From Scenedesmus sp. PABB004 (taxonomy: Eukaryota): a stretch of 64,000 nt of DNA. This document shows positions 35,801 through 45,995 of this stretch, one piece after another (the first letter of the stretch is position 1; each line of letters starts with the position of its first letter). The stretch is from positions 3,348,001 to 3,412,000 of the forward strand of contig CM026547.1 of NCBI GenBank assembly GCA_014905635.1. Reading direction: 5' to 3'. The notes below the pieces were generated by a model, which did not search any database, was not told the DNA's origin, and was given only the letters and a program-made list of their open reading frames with translations. Both the position numbers and the translations under genes were made by a program.

Positions 35801-37344
35801 GGCTGCGCCGCGGGGGCCTCTGAGTCTCAGAGTCTGAGAGGGGACAAGAGGGGGCAGGCCCAGCACACAGCGCCCGCCAGGCAGACAGGGCAGTAGGGTC
35901 GCTGCGCACTTGGATTCGCCGCGTGCGCGTGTGTCGGTGCGCGTTGCTTGCTCACCGTGCGTTTTTGGCCAGGTGTGGGGCGAGGGGGCGCGGCGCGCCG
36001 CTGCGGCCGCCGCTGCTTGGGCTCTTGCGCTGCCAGCAGTGCTGCTGCGCCGGCGGCGGCCGGCTGAAGAAATGGGACAAGCTGATCAGGATTCATGAAT
36101 CCGGCACGGCACGCGCGCCGCGCGCGGCCCCCCTCCGCTGGGCGGCGGCGCGCGCGGCGGGCCGCTGCGAGCACCGCCCATCACACCGCACCTCTCTTTG
36201 CGCGAGATCACACGCCGCGCACGGGACCTCACAGGCCACCGGCCGCCCCGCGTGGGGCGGCGGGCGGGGCTGCGACACACTTGAGCGAGTAACCAGCGCG
36301 AGTTGAGCGAGTAACCGAGCGGCAGCCAGCAGAGCGGGTCGGCGCTCGGCGGCTGCAACGATTGCCTGGCGACAATCGATCGATCGCGGGGGTCCGAGGG
36401 GGCTTTGTTACCTTGCTCACCAGCCCCGCACGCTGAACCGCGGCGCGATCGGTCGGTCGCGCGCCGCACAGACGGCGGCGGCCCGCACGCCGAGCGCGCG
36501 CGCTGCAGCGTGAAATGAGAGGATGACGACAGTCAGTCCTGCAGACACGCGGCAGTTCCTCCGCGGCGGCCCCCTGACGAGACGTGGCGCGGAGCCTAAA
36601 ACCGCCAGGCGGGCCACTGCGCGGGCCCAAGGCCGCGCCGGGCCGCGCGCGCACGCGCGTGCGGCGGCTCGCGGCGGGCGCGAATGCACCAGGTGCGAAT
36701 GCACCAGGTGCGAGAGAGCTCAAGTCCTGCAGCCGTCGCGCGGGCGGGCGGCGCGGGCACGCGCGCGCGTGTGCGCGCGCGGGAGCGCCGCCGGCCCGTG
36801 CGACCCCTGGCCCTGCAAAAACGCTGCCGCAGGGTGCCGTGCTGTTGCCAGGCGGCAGCGCGCCGGCGGCCCGTGCGCGCCGGCGGCTGTGCACTGCGCT
36901 AGCTACGCCGTTGCCGACGCCCCCCGGGAGCCGGGGAGCCCATCCCCACAGTGAGAGCCAACCAGCCGGCGACGCCAAACCCCACGCACCATACCAGCGC
37001 GCGCCAGCGCTGCGCAGGCGCGCCGAGACGCGCCGCGCAGCGCCGCGCTGGCGGCGCCCCGCGGGATCACAGGGGCGCCGCCGCGCGCATGAATCCCTGC
37101 ATAATTGCTCCGACGCGCGGCGCCGGCGCGTGGCGCGCACGCGGCGCGGCGCGTCGCGCCGCGCCCCCCGCCGCCGGCCGCCGCGCCGGTGCGCGCGGGC
37201 CGGCGCGCGGGGTGCGCGCCCAGCGCCGGCCGCGAAACAAACGAATGCGCTCCCGCGCGCGGCGCCGCGCTCTCCGCGCGGTTGCGCACGGGCTGCCGTC
37301 TCGGGGCGCCGCCGCCGCCGCCGCCGCTGCCGCGCCGCGCCGCG

Positions 37345-39047
37345 TCACGCGGCGGCGGGCTCGGCGGCGGGCTCGGCCGGCGTGGGGTCGGCGGGCGCGT
37401 CGCTGGTGTGGTCGCTGTAGACATAGAAGAAGCGCGGCGTGGTCATGGCGATGCCGTTGAAGTCGCACGCGCCCGCGACGGTGTACGCGCCGGCGTTGGG
37501 GAAGGCGAGCCAGTCGCCGTTGCGCAGCAGCGGGAGCGGGACGTCCTTGTAGACGCAGTCGGCGCTGTCGCAGGTCGGGCCCCACAGCGTGCTCGTGAAC
37601 ACCGGCGGCGCGCCAACGAGGGCTGGCAGCTCCGGCGAGCGCAGCACCATGTACTCGGGGTTCTGCCCATCGTACCTGCGCGCCACGCGCGCGGCGGCGC
37701 GGCGGCGGCGGCGGCGTCAGCGCGCGCTGCGCGTGCAGTGCCCGCGCGGCGCGGCGCCAGCGGCGCCAGCGGGGCGCCGCGGGGCCAGCGCAGCGGGCGG
37801 CTGCGGCTCACAGGATGCAGTTGAAGCTGCCGTAGAGGCCGTCGGTGATCCAGTAGTCCTTCTTGATGCCCCCCGCGCCGTCGACGCGGTCGCGGGTGCC
37901 GTAGACCGGGGTCAGCAGTGTTCCAGCTGTCTCCGCAAAGTAGCGCCCCGGCTCGGCGATGACCTGCACCCCGCTCTCGGGAGGGAAGTGGGCGGCCAGC
38001 GCGCCGTTGATGGTCGTGGCGATGTCGCCAAACATGACGTTGCCGCAGCTGTCAAAGTGGCCTGTGAAGCCGCCGCCGATGTCCAGCAGGCCCATGGCAA
38101 AGCCCATCTCCTTGCCCAGGTCGAAGATCTGGGCGCGGGGCCGCGGCGGGGAGGGGGCGGGGCGAGGGGCGAGGGGGTCGGCACGGCCGGGGCGTGGGCG
38201 CGCGCCGTGCCCGCGGGGGCGGCGGCCGCGCCGCGCGCCTGCGCAGGCGCCCCTGCAAGCGCGCGCGCGCGCGCCGCACCTCGCGGGCCTTCTCGATCGC
38301 CGCGCTGTACGCGGCCAGGTTCTTGCACGCGCTGCCGACGTGGAAGCTCACGCCCACGACCTCCAGGCCCAGGCGCTGCGCGGTCGCGAGCAGGCGCGGC
38401 GCCTCCTCGGGGTTGGCGCCGTACTTGAGCCCCAGCGGCACGCGCGCCTCGGGGTCGTCCGCGCGGATGCGCAGCACGCACCTGGCGCGGCGCGGCGCGG
38501 GCGGGCGGGCGCGGGTGGGCCGCCCGCGGCGGCGGCGCGGCGCGCGGGGCCAGCAGGCCAGGCCAGGGCGGTGGGGCGGGGGCGCGCCCAGGCAGTGAGG
38601 GCACTCACTTGAAGGCGCGGTTGAAGTTGGCGACCTTGGCGAGCTCGCTCTCGGTGTCAAACGTGGTGAGCCCCACGCCGTGCTCGCGCGCGTAGCGGAT
38701 GTCGCACGGCCGCTTGCACGGGTGTGCAAAGATGATGCGGCTCGGCGACACGCCCAGCTCCAGCACCTGGCGCACCTCGCCCAGGCTCGCGCAGTCAAAG
38801 CCCGCGCCCAGGGCGGCGAGCAGGCGCACCATGCCCGCGTTGGGGTTGCACTGCGCGCGGCGGCGGCGCGCGGGTGGGCGCGGGCCGGCCGGGAGGCTGC
38901 GGCCGTGCCGCGGCGCATGGGGCGCAGCGCGCGGCGCACCTTGATGGCGTAGAAGGGCAGCACGCGCGGCATGGCGGCGCGCCACGCCTGCGCGCGCACA
39001 GAGAGGGGGGGGGGGCAGGTCAGCGCCCGGCGCGCGGCACGCTAGGG

Positions 39048-39080
<33 letters not shown>

Positions 39081-39477
39081 AGCTGCTGCTGCTGAGACTG
39101 CAGCAGCTGCTGCTGGCGCTGCGCGCGTGCGCGCCTTGTAGAGGCGCACGACGTTGGCGAGGTCCATGACGTAAAACGTGTCGTCGAGCTGGTGCGCGCT
39201 GATGAGCTTGGAGGCCTCGGCCTTGAGGCCCTCCGGCCCGCCGTCGACGATGCGCTGGACCTGCAGGTCCATCAGCACCGCCGCCGCGCCGGGCTTGCCC
39301 GTGGCGGACAGCTGCCAGCTGCCGCGCGTCTTGGCGAGCGCGGCGGCGTCGGGCGCGCGGTCAAACTCGCCCGAGAAGCGCTCCAGGGCCTTGTCGCCGC
39401 GCTTGTGGCCCTGCGGCGCGGCGGGGCGCGCGGAGAGTGTGAGGCGGCGCGGCTGCCGCCGGCTGCCATGCATGCGC

Positions 39478-39512
<35 letters not shown>

Positions 39513-39695
39513 CGCCGCGGCGCCGCGCGGGCGCACATGGCCGGGCTTGAGGTGCTCCAGCGAGCCCGCGCGCGGGCTCAAGGCGTCCAGGCAGTCGCTG
39601 GCATGGCTGCTGAGCTTGGGCGAGAGCAGGCAGGCGTCGGGGCACCCCCCGTCCAGGCTCGGGCTGGGGCGCAGCAGCGACGCCGACGAGCTCAT
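37345..39695 (-). CDS. ODC: Ornithine decarboxylase (fold-III PLP enzyme)
   Basis: FYVMDLANV, PRVLPFYAIKCNP, GFDCAS, FAHPCK, LGLKYGA, GVSFHVGS, LLDIGGGF, AEPGRYF, DGLYGSFNC, WGPTCDSAD and GAYT..ACDFNG. Confidence 0.96.
38482..38608 (-). repeat. ODC intron homologous to expansin intron 35425-35607
   Basis: Reverse complement starts gtgagtgccctcactgcctgggcgc and ends cgcgccgcgccag; it aligns with the expansin intron. Confidence 0.8.
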
Positions 39696-40270
39696 GCCTG
39701 CCGAGCGGCGGCGGCGCCGGCGGGCGACCCGGGTGAGTCGGGCGGCACGCCAGGCGTCCGCCGGGCCGCGCGGCCTGGCCCGGGGCGCGCCGGCTGTGTC
39801 CCGCCCGCGGCCAGCTGGCGTGGGGCATGCCGCAGCGCCGCGGCCCGCCCGCTGCCGTGCCCGCCTGGCCCCGCCGGGCGCGCCCCGAGGGCCTGCCGCC
39901 CGCCAGAGCACGCGGGGACGGCGCGCGGTGCCGCCGGCCGCCGGCAACTGCAGGCGGGGGCGTGCGCGCCCCGCCGGCGCCGCGCCCCCGCTGCCCGCGC
40001 CCGCAGCGCCGCCGCGGGCGGCTGACGCGCAGGGTCGGCCAGCTGTCGAGGGGGGGCGCGCCTGGAACGCGCGCGCGGGCAGCACAGAAGCTGCCCCGAT
40101 TGCGGGCGCAGCCCTGCCCCGCCTCGCCCGCGCGCCGCCGACGCGCCCGGAAGCGTGAACCAGGGGGGCCCTCACCTCCTCCCGGTGGGCGGGACCGGCC
40201 GCGCGAAGCCCGTACACGGCCTGGGGAGCGGGGGCGGGTCAACCAGCTCCGCGGCCCACTCTAGCACCAC

Positions 40271-40333
40271 CTAGCGCCCGAAAGGGGGCTTGGGGCCTTT
40301 GAACACGACGGCGTGGGTGGTCGTTGCGCGCAT
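40271..40333 (-). promoter_or_regulatory. Candidate upstream ORF (MRATTTHAVVFKGPKPPFGR*) in the ODC 5' leader
   Basis: ATG at 40333, TAG at 40273-40271. It is followed by the donor GAG|GTGAG at 40175 and an acceptor CAG at 39698, 2 nt before the ODC ATG. Confidence 0.55.
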
Positions 40334-40730
40334 TTGTCTTGGGGTGACTGGCGGCGCCTCGGGCGGGGCTGCCCTTTCGCCGGGCGAGCCTCGGGAATTC
40401 CTCCGGGCGCAGCACGGTCTCACACTCCAGCGCGCAGCTGCTCTCGGCTCAGGGCCGGCACACGCTCCCGCGGGACGGCGCGCCGCGCAGACCCGGGCCG
40501 GCGGCGGGCGCCCGGGCCGGCGGCGGGCGCCCGACCAGCGGCGCACGGCACGTGCCGCGCGCGCCGCCGCGCACCACCGGTGCGCGACCGGCAGCTCCCT
40601 GCCGCCCGCCAGTCGCCTCCTTACCAGTTCAGCGGATCAAATCTGGGCCGAATGCGGCACGCGCAGACTCGGCGGTGACCGCTACGCCAAAACCCAGCGC
40701 TGGTGCCCGCGGCTCCGACGCCGGCCTCGC

Positions 40731-42489
40731 TCAGCAGCCGCCGTCGCCGCCGCCGCCGCCGCCCGAGCTGGCCGCCAGCAGGCCCACCAGGCGCGGCCAC
40801 TGCTCGTGCGTCATCCACGCCACCTGCTGCTCCGCCGCGGCGTGCGCGGCGGCCTCCCAGCCCACGCCCAGGCGGCAGAGCTGCCCCGGCTCGCCGTCCA
40901 GCAGCAGGCGCTGCAGCACGCGGCCCCGGGCCTCCTGCGCGACCGCGTCGGCGAGCTCGCCGTGCAGCAGCGACAGCAGCGGCTGCAGGCAGCCGCGGCT
41001 GGCAGCAGCTGCGGCGGCGCCAGGGCTGGCCGCGAGCATGGCGCCATCCACGGGCTGCTCGCTGAACGCGGTCAGCTCTGCCTGCAGCCGCGACAGTGCC
41101 GCCCCCAGCGCGGCGGCCGCGTGCTCGCCGCCGGCATGCAGATCCTGCAGGCCCACGCCGAGCACGCGCCGCAGCGCGGCGTCGTGGACCTCCAGCGCCT
41201 CGCCCTCGCTCTCCTCCTCGCTGGCCTCCTCCTCGCTGACCTTCTCGCTGGCCTCCTCGCTAGCCTCGCGCCCGCGGCCCTCCTCGTCCTCCCTGCCCGA
41301 ACGCGGGCTGGCTGGCTCCAGGCTCGTCGGCGAGGCTGACCGGGCGCCGCCGGCGCCCCGCAGGTCGTGCTCCGCGGCGCCCAGCAGCCCCAGCGCGGCG
41401 GCCGGCAAGGCCGTGTGGTACAGGGCGTTGCTGGTCCAGCGCGCGGGCGAGCCGAGCTGAGCCGGGCGCGGCGCGCCCGGCGCCAGCAGCCCGTGCACCG
41501 GGGCGGCGGCCTGCGGTGCGTGGACACGCAGCGCCGGCGTGAGCTGGTGCGAGGCACCTCCCCTCCCTGAGCCCCCGTGGTGCGTCCCCCGGCTCACCTC
41601 GCCCCTGAAGCGCCGCGACAGGCTGCTGAGCTTCATGGCCAGGGACAGCAGCAGCGCGGTGTCGTCGCTCGCGTCCAGCATCGACTGCAGCTGCCCCGGC
41701 GGCGGCGCCGGCTGCAGCTCTGCTCCGCCGCGCTGCAGGAGTGCGGCGGCGCTGGCCGACGGCGGCGCCGCCCCTGCGTCGTCCGGCAGCTGTGCGCTGG
41801 GCAGGCCGCTGCCCGCTGGCGACTGCCGCGCTGGCATCACCCCGCCCGCTGGCGAGGCCGTGCCTGCTGTGCAGCTGCTGCTGTCACGGCCGCTGGCAGC
41901 AGCCGGCGAGGCAGTCGCGCTGGCGCCTCCCCCCGTCCCGCAGCTGCTGACGGCTTCGCCAGCACCTGACTGCACTTCCGGCGCCCCCGCTGCCGACGCG
42001 GCCTCCTGCAACGCCGCCTGCGAGACCACCGCCTCGAGCTCGGCCGCGGCCGGCGTGCTGCCTGCCGCGCCTGCCTCCTGCAGCCGCTCTGAGATCCGGC
42101 GCAGCCAGTCACGAGCGCTTGAGCTGGCCTGACGCTCGCCTCCGTCCTCGCTGGGCGCCGCCACCACGCCGCCGCCGCCGTCGGCCGTGTCCGCGCCTGG
42201 CAGCGCCACGCTTGCCGCCCGGCTCGGCCTAGCGGACGCCGCCTGGCTCCAGGCCGCGCTGGCCTCGGTGCTGCCAATGGTCTGGAGCGTGCTGCGCAGC
42301 GTCTGCAGCTTGGCCAGGGCACGCTCGACCTGGGACGGCCCCGCCGCGCCGTCGTCAGCGGTGGGCGCTGGCGCTGCGCTGGCATCGCCTGCGGCGCCCA
42401 GCTGCGCGCTGCCCTCGCCGCCAGCCTGGAACAGGCTGTTCAGCTGGAGCAGCACGCCCTGCTCGCTGCCCAGCTCTGGCTGCAGCTCG

Positions 42490-42525
<36 letters not shown>

Positions 42526-45500
42526 CCGTCGGTCGCCGCCGGCGGCGCCGCCTCGCCCCGGCAGGCAGCGGCGCCGTCAGGCGCCGGCACGTCGGACTGG
42601 CTGGCGGTACGGGACATGCCCGACGCCGAGCGCGCAACCTGCCGGCCGGGCGACGCAGCCGCGCACGGGCCGGTCGTGCACGGGACAGCAGCAGCGGGCG
42701 GGCCCGTCGCTGCGTCCTCGCCCAGCTGGCCCTCGCCGGCCTGCGACAGCTGCTGCAGCGAGGCGAGCAGCTTGAGGCTCTCTGCCCTGCTCGCCTCGGG
42801 GCTGCCGGGGACTGCCGGCGGCTGCGGCGGGCCCAGCTGGCGCTGCCCGCCCGCCCCGCGCTGCTCCACGCCGCCGCTGCCGCCCACGTCGTCGCCAGCG
42901 GACGGCTCGCGGCTCGCGCCGCCGGTCTGGTGGCTCAGAGACTCGAGCAGCCCCTGCACGCGCGCGCCCACGCTGCGCAGCAGCTCCAAGCTGCTGCCGC
43001 CCTCGCGGCCGTTGCGCGAGCCCTGCCTGCTCGCGCCCCTGCTCAGCTCCCGCGCTCGCAGGCGGCCGCTGCTGCAGCGGCTGCTGCTGCGGCTGCGCGG
43101 GTCGGCGAGCACCGGGCTGGGCACCCACGCCACCTCGGGCGTCGCCGCCTCGACAACCGCGCCAGCCACGGTGGGCACCTGCCAGCGCTGCCGCGCACGG
43201 CGCGCGTGCCCGTCGTCCCCGGCGGGGCTGCCAGCGCTGCTGCAGGAAGCCTCCCGCAGCGGGTCCGCCTGCTGCGGAGCCGCGAGCGCTGCGCGGTCAG
43301 CGGGGCCGCCCGCTGCATCTGCAGGCTCGCTGCGGAGCGCGCCCAGGGGCTCGTCCCAAGGGGCGGCCGCAACGGCGGCCGCTGCCGCTGCTTCCGTCCC
43401 GCCTGCTGCGTCTGCTGCGCCCGCCGCGCCGGCGGCAAGGCCGGGCTGCTCGGCGTGCGGCAGCGCTGAGAAGCTGGCCTCCGCAGCAGGGCTGTGACCG
43501 CCGCCAGGCGCGTGCCACTGCTCCTGCGGCGCCCAGCCGCAGCTGCCTGCGACCGGCCCGCGACCGCCGCCGGGCGCGTCCGCGCCGCCCGGCGGCGCCG
43601 CGCTGCCAGTGGCTGCAGCGAACGCGGCCGCTGCGGCCGCGGCGGCCGCCGCCGCGGCGCCCTCCTGGCCACGCAGGGGCGAGCCGTGCGGGCTGCTGAT
43701 TGTGATGCCCAGCTCCACGCGGCCGTGCACGTGGTGCGAGACCTCGAGGCGCGCGGGGCCGAGCTGCCCCTGGTCCAGCACGTGCAGCGCGTCGCCCGCC
43801 GCCGCCGACAGCGGCGAGCCCGGCGCCGCAAAGCCAAAGTGCTGCTGGACGCCCGAGCACGCGCCTGCGAGCGGCGAGTGCACGGTGTAGGGCTGGTCCG
43901 GCTGCGCGGCGCTGCACGTCTGCGACGCCGCGTCCGCGTTGGGCTTGTCGGCGAGCGCCAGCCGCCGCGGGGGGCTCTGGTCCTGCCCGCCGCACTCGTG
44001 CGGCGCGTCGCCGGGCGCCGCCGCCGCCGCCGGTGCGGGCGGCTCAGGCTCGGGCCGCCGCGGCAGCGAGGGCGGCGCAAACACCTGGATACCAAAGTCC
44101 AGCGCCTCCCCCGCGGCGTGGCGGGGCCGCGTGAAGCGCGGCGCCGTGCCAGAGCTGCGGCCGGGCGGGCGCGCACGCGTGAGCCTGCGTGCCACGGCGG
44201 CCCCGTCGAGCGGGCTGGGGCAGGGCAGCGCGCGCAGCGCCCCACCTGGACGAGGCGCGCGCGCTCGCGGGCCGGCCGCCGCCGCCGCCGCCGCTCGTGG
44301 AGCCGCGCGCGCCGCCAGCGCTGCCCGCGGCGCTCGCGCGGGCGCGCCGCCCCGGCGCGCCCGCCACGGGCGTGACGGGCTCCGCCGCCGCCGCGGCGGG
44401 GCCGAGCTCGGGCGGCGGCGGGTCGGGCAGCGCGTGGAGCGCCTCCAGCGCGGCGGCCGCGGCCGCCCGCACTGCAGGGATCTTGTCGTAACGCACCTCC
44501 TCCAGCGCCTGGGGGGAGGGGGATGCAGCCGAGAACTGAGGCGGCTGTGCGCGCCTCGCTGCCGGCCCAGCCGGCGCCGTGCGCGGGCGCGCGCGGCGGC
44601 CGCGGCGCTGCTGCTGTGGCGGCGGCCCACCTTGAGGGCCTGGGGCTTGCGCGCGACCAGCGCGTCGAGCCCCGGCATGGCCAGCGCCGCCTCGCCGCCG
44701 GGCGTGCCCAGCACCGCACCCGCCAGCACGGCCAGGGTGTGCAGGGCGTCCCGGCGCACCTGCCAGCACTCCTTGGCGGCCGCGCCCCTGACGCACAGCG
44801 CAAGCAGCCGCCTGGCGTCCCCCCCGTCCGTGGACGGCCCCAGCACCTCCACGCAGGTGCACGCGGGCAGCAGCACGCCCGGCACGCGCGGCCCGGGCGC
44901 GCCGCCGCCCGCCAGCAGCTGCAGCATGAGCGCCAGGCAGCGCCGCACCGCGCCCACGACCGCCTCGGACGCCGCGTACGCGCGCAGCACCTCCAGCGCG
45001 CCCAGCAGCACCGCGCTGCCCGCGCCCACGCGCGCGGCCTCCGGGTCGCGCAGCGTGCTCGTGATGATCGGCAGCAGCAGCGCGTCGCACGCCGCCGCCG
45101 CCGCGCCGCCGCCGCGCAGCGCCGGCGGCGCGCCGGCGTCGCCGCCGGGCGGCTCGTGCAGCAGCTTGGCGAGCGTCGACGACACGAGCGCCGCGAGCGC
45201 GGCGACGCACTCGCCGTGCTGACGGTTCCGCGACAGCACGCCGCCCGCGCACTGCTGCCCCGCCAGCAGCGGCAGCAGCGCTGGCAGCTGCGCCCGCGGC
45301 GCGCACTTGAGGACGGTCCACTCGGCCAGCTGCAGGCGCAGCTTCACCGCGCGGCGCCCGCTGGCCTCCAGGCCGGCGCAGAGCTCGACCAGCGCCGCGC
45401 GAACCAGCGCCGGCTCCCGCTCCAGGCCCGCGAGCAGCATGCGCACGGCGCCCACGGCCTGGGCGTCCAGGTCCCGGCTCTCCAGGCCCGCCAGCTCATA

Positions 45501-45602
45501 CTTTAGGCGCTGCCGCAGCGCAAACGGCGTCAACGCGTGCTGCTCGCCGCTGCTGCGCGCCGCCGCCGCCGCCGCCGCCGGCCAGGGCGCGGCCGGCTGC
45601 AT
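40731..45602 (-). CDS. TORTIFOLIA1/SPIRAL2-like HEAT-repeat protein with long disordered C-terminal region
   Basis: N-terminal helical repeats, including ECWQVRRDALHTLAVLA and ALEEVRYDKIPAVRAAA (similar to the TOR1-family RFDKVKPVR). Two introns near 44155-44245 and 44510-44630. Confidence 0.65.
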
Positions 45603-45995
45603 GGCGACGACTCAGGAGGCTCGAGGGCCACGGCGTCACGGCATGGCCCACCCCCGCGCGTGCGCGGTGTGTCGTGGGCTGCAGAGCGGTGCAACAACCG
45701 ACTGTGTCGTCCAGAGCTGGCGCGCGCTGGCGGTGCGGGACGACGCAGACGAGAGCGACGGGAGTGGCGTCAGCGGGCCGGGGGCGCCAGCCTGGCTGAG
45801 GCGAGCGCGCGCCGCCGTTTGCGCGCGTAACGCCGCCGCGTTTTGCGGCGGCATGGAGGCAGCCGTTGAGCCATCCCCCAGATCGCCCACCGACCAGGGC
45901 CTGACACGCGCCGCCGCACGGGCGCGGCAAGCCTTACACGGCGCCGGCAGCGCGCGCAGCACACGGCGTGCCCCAACGCCCCGCGCGCGCGGCGC

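Noticed and set aside
40159..40168. Pro-Pro-Trp codons on the minus strand upstream of ODC, matching the AZIN1 uORF motif
   Set aside because: They lie inside the predicted 5'-UTR intron and just after an in-frame TGA, so they cannot end a uORF; probably chance.
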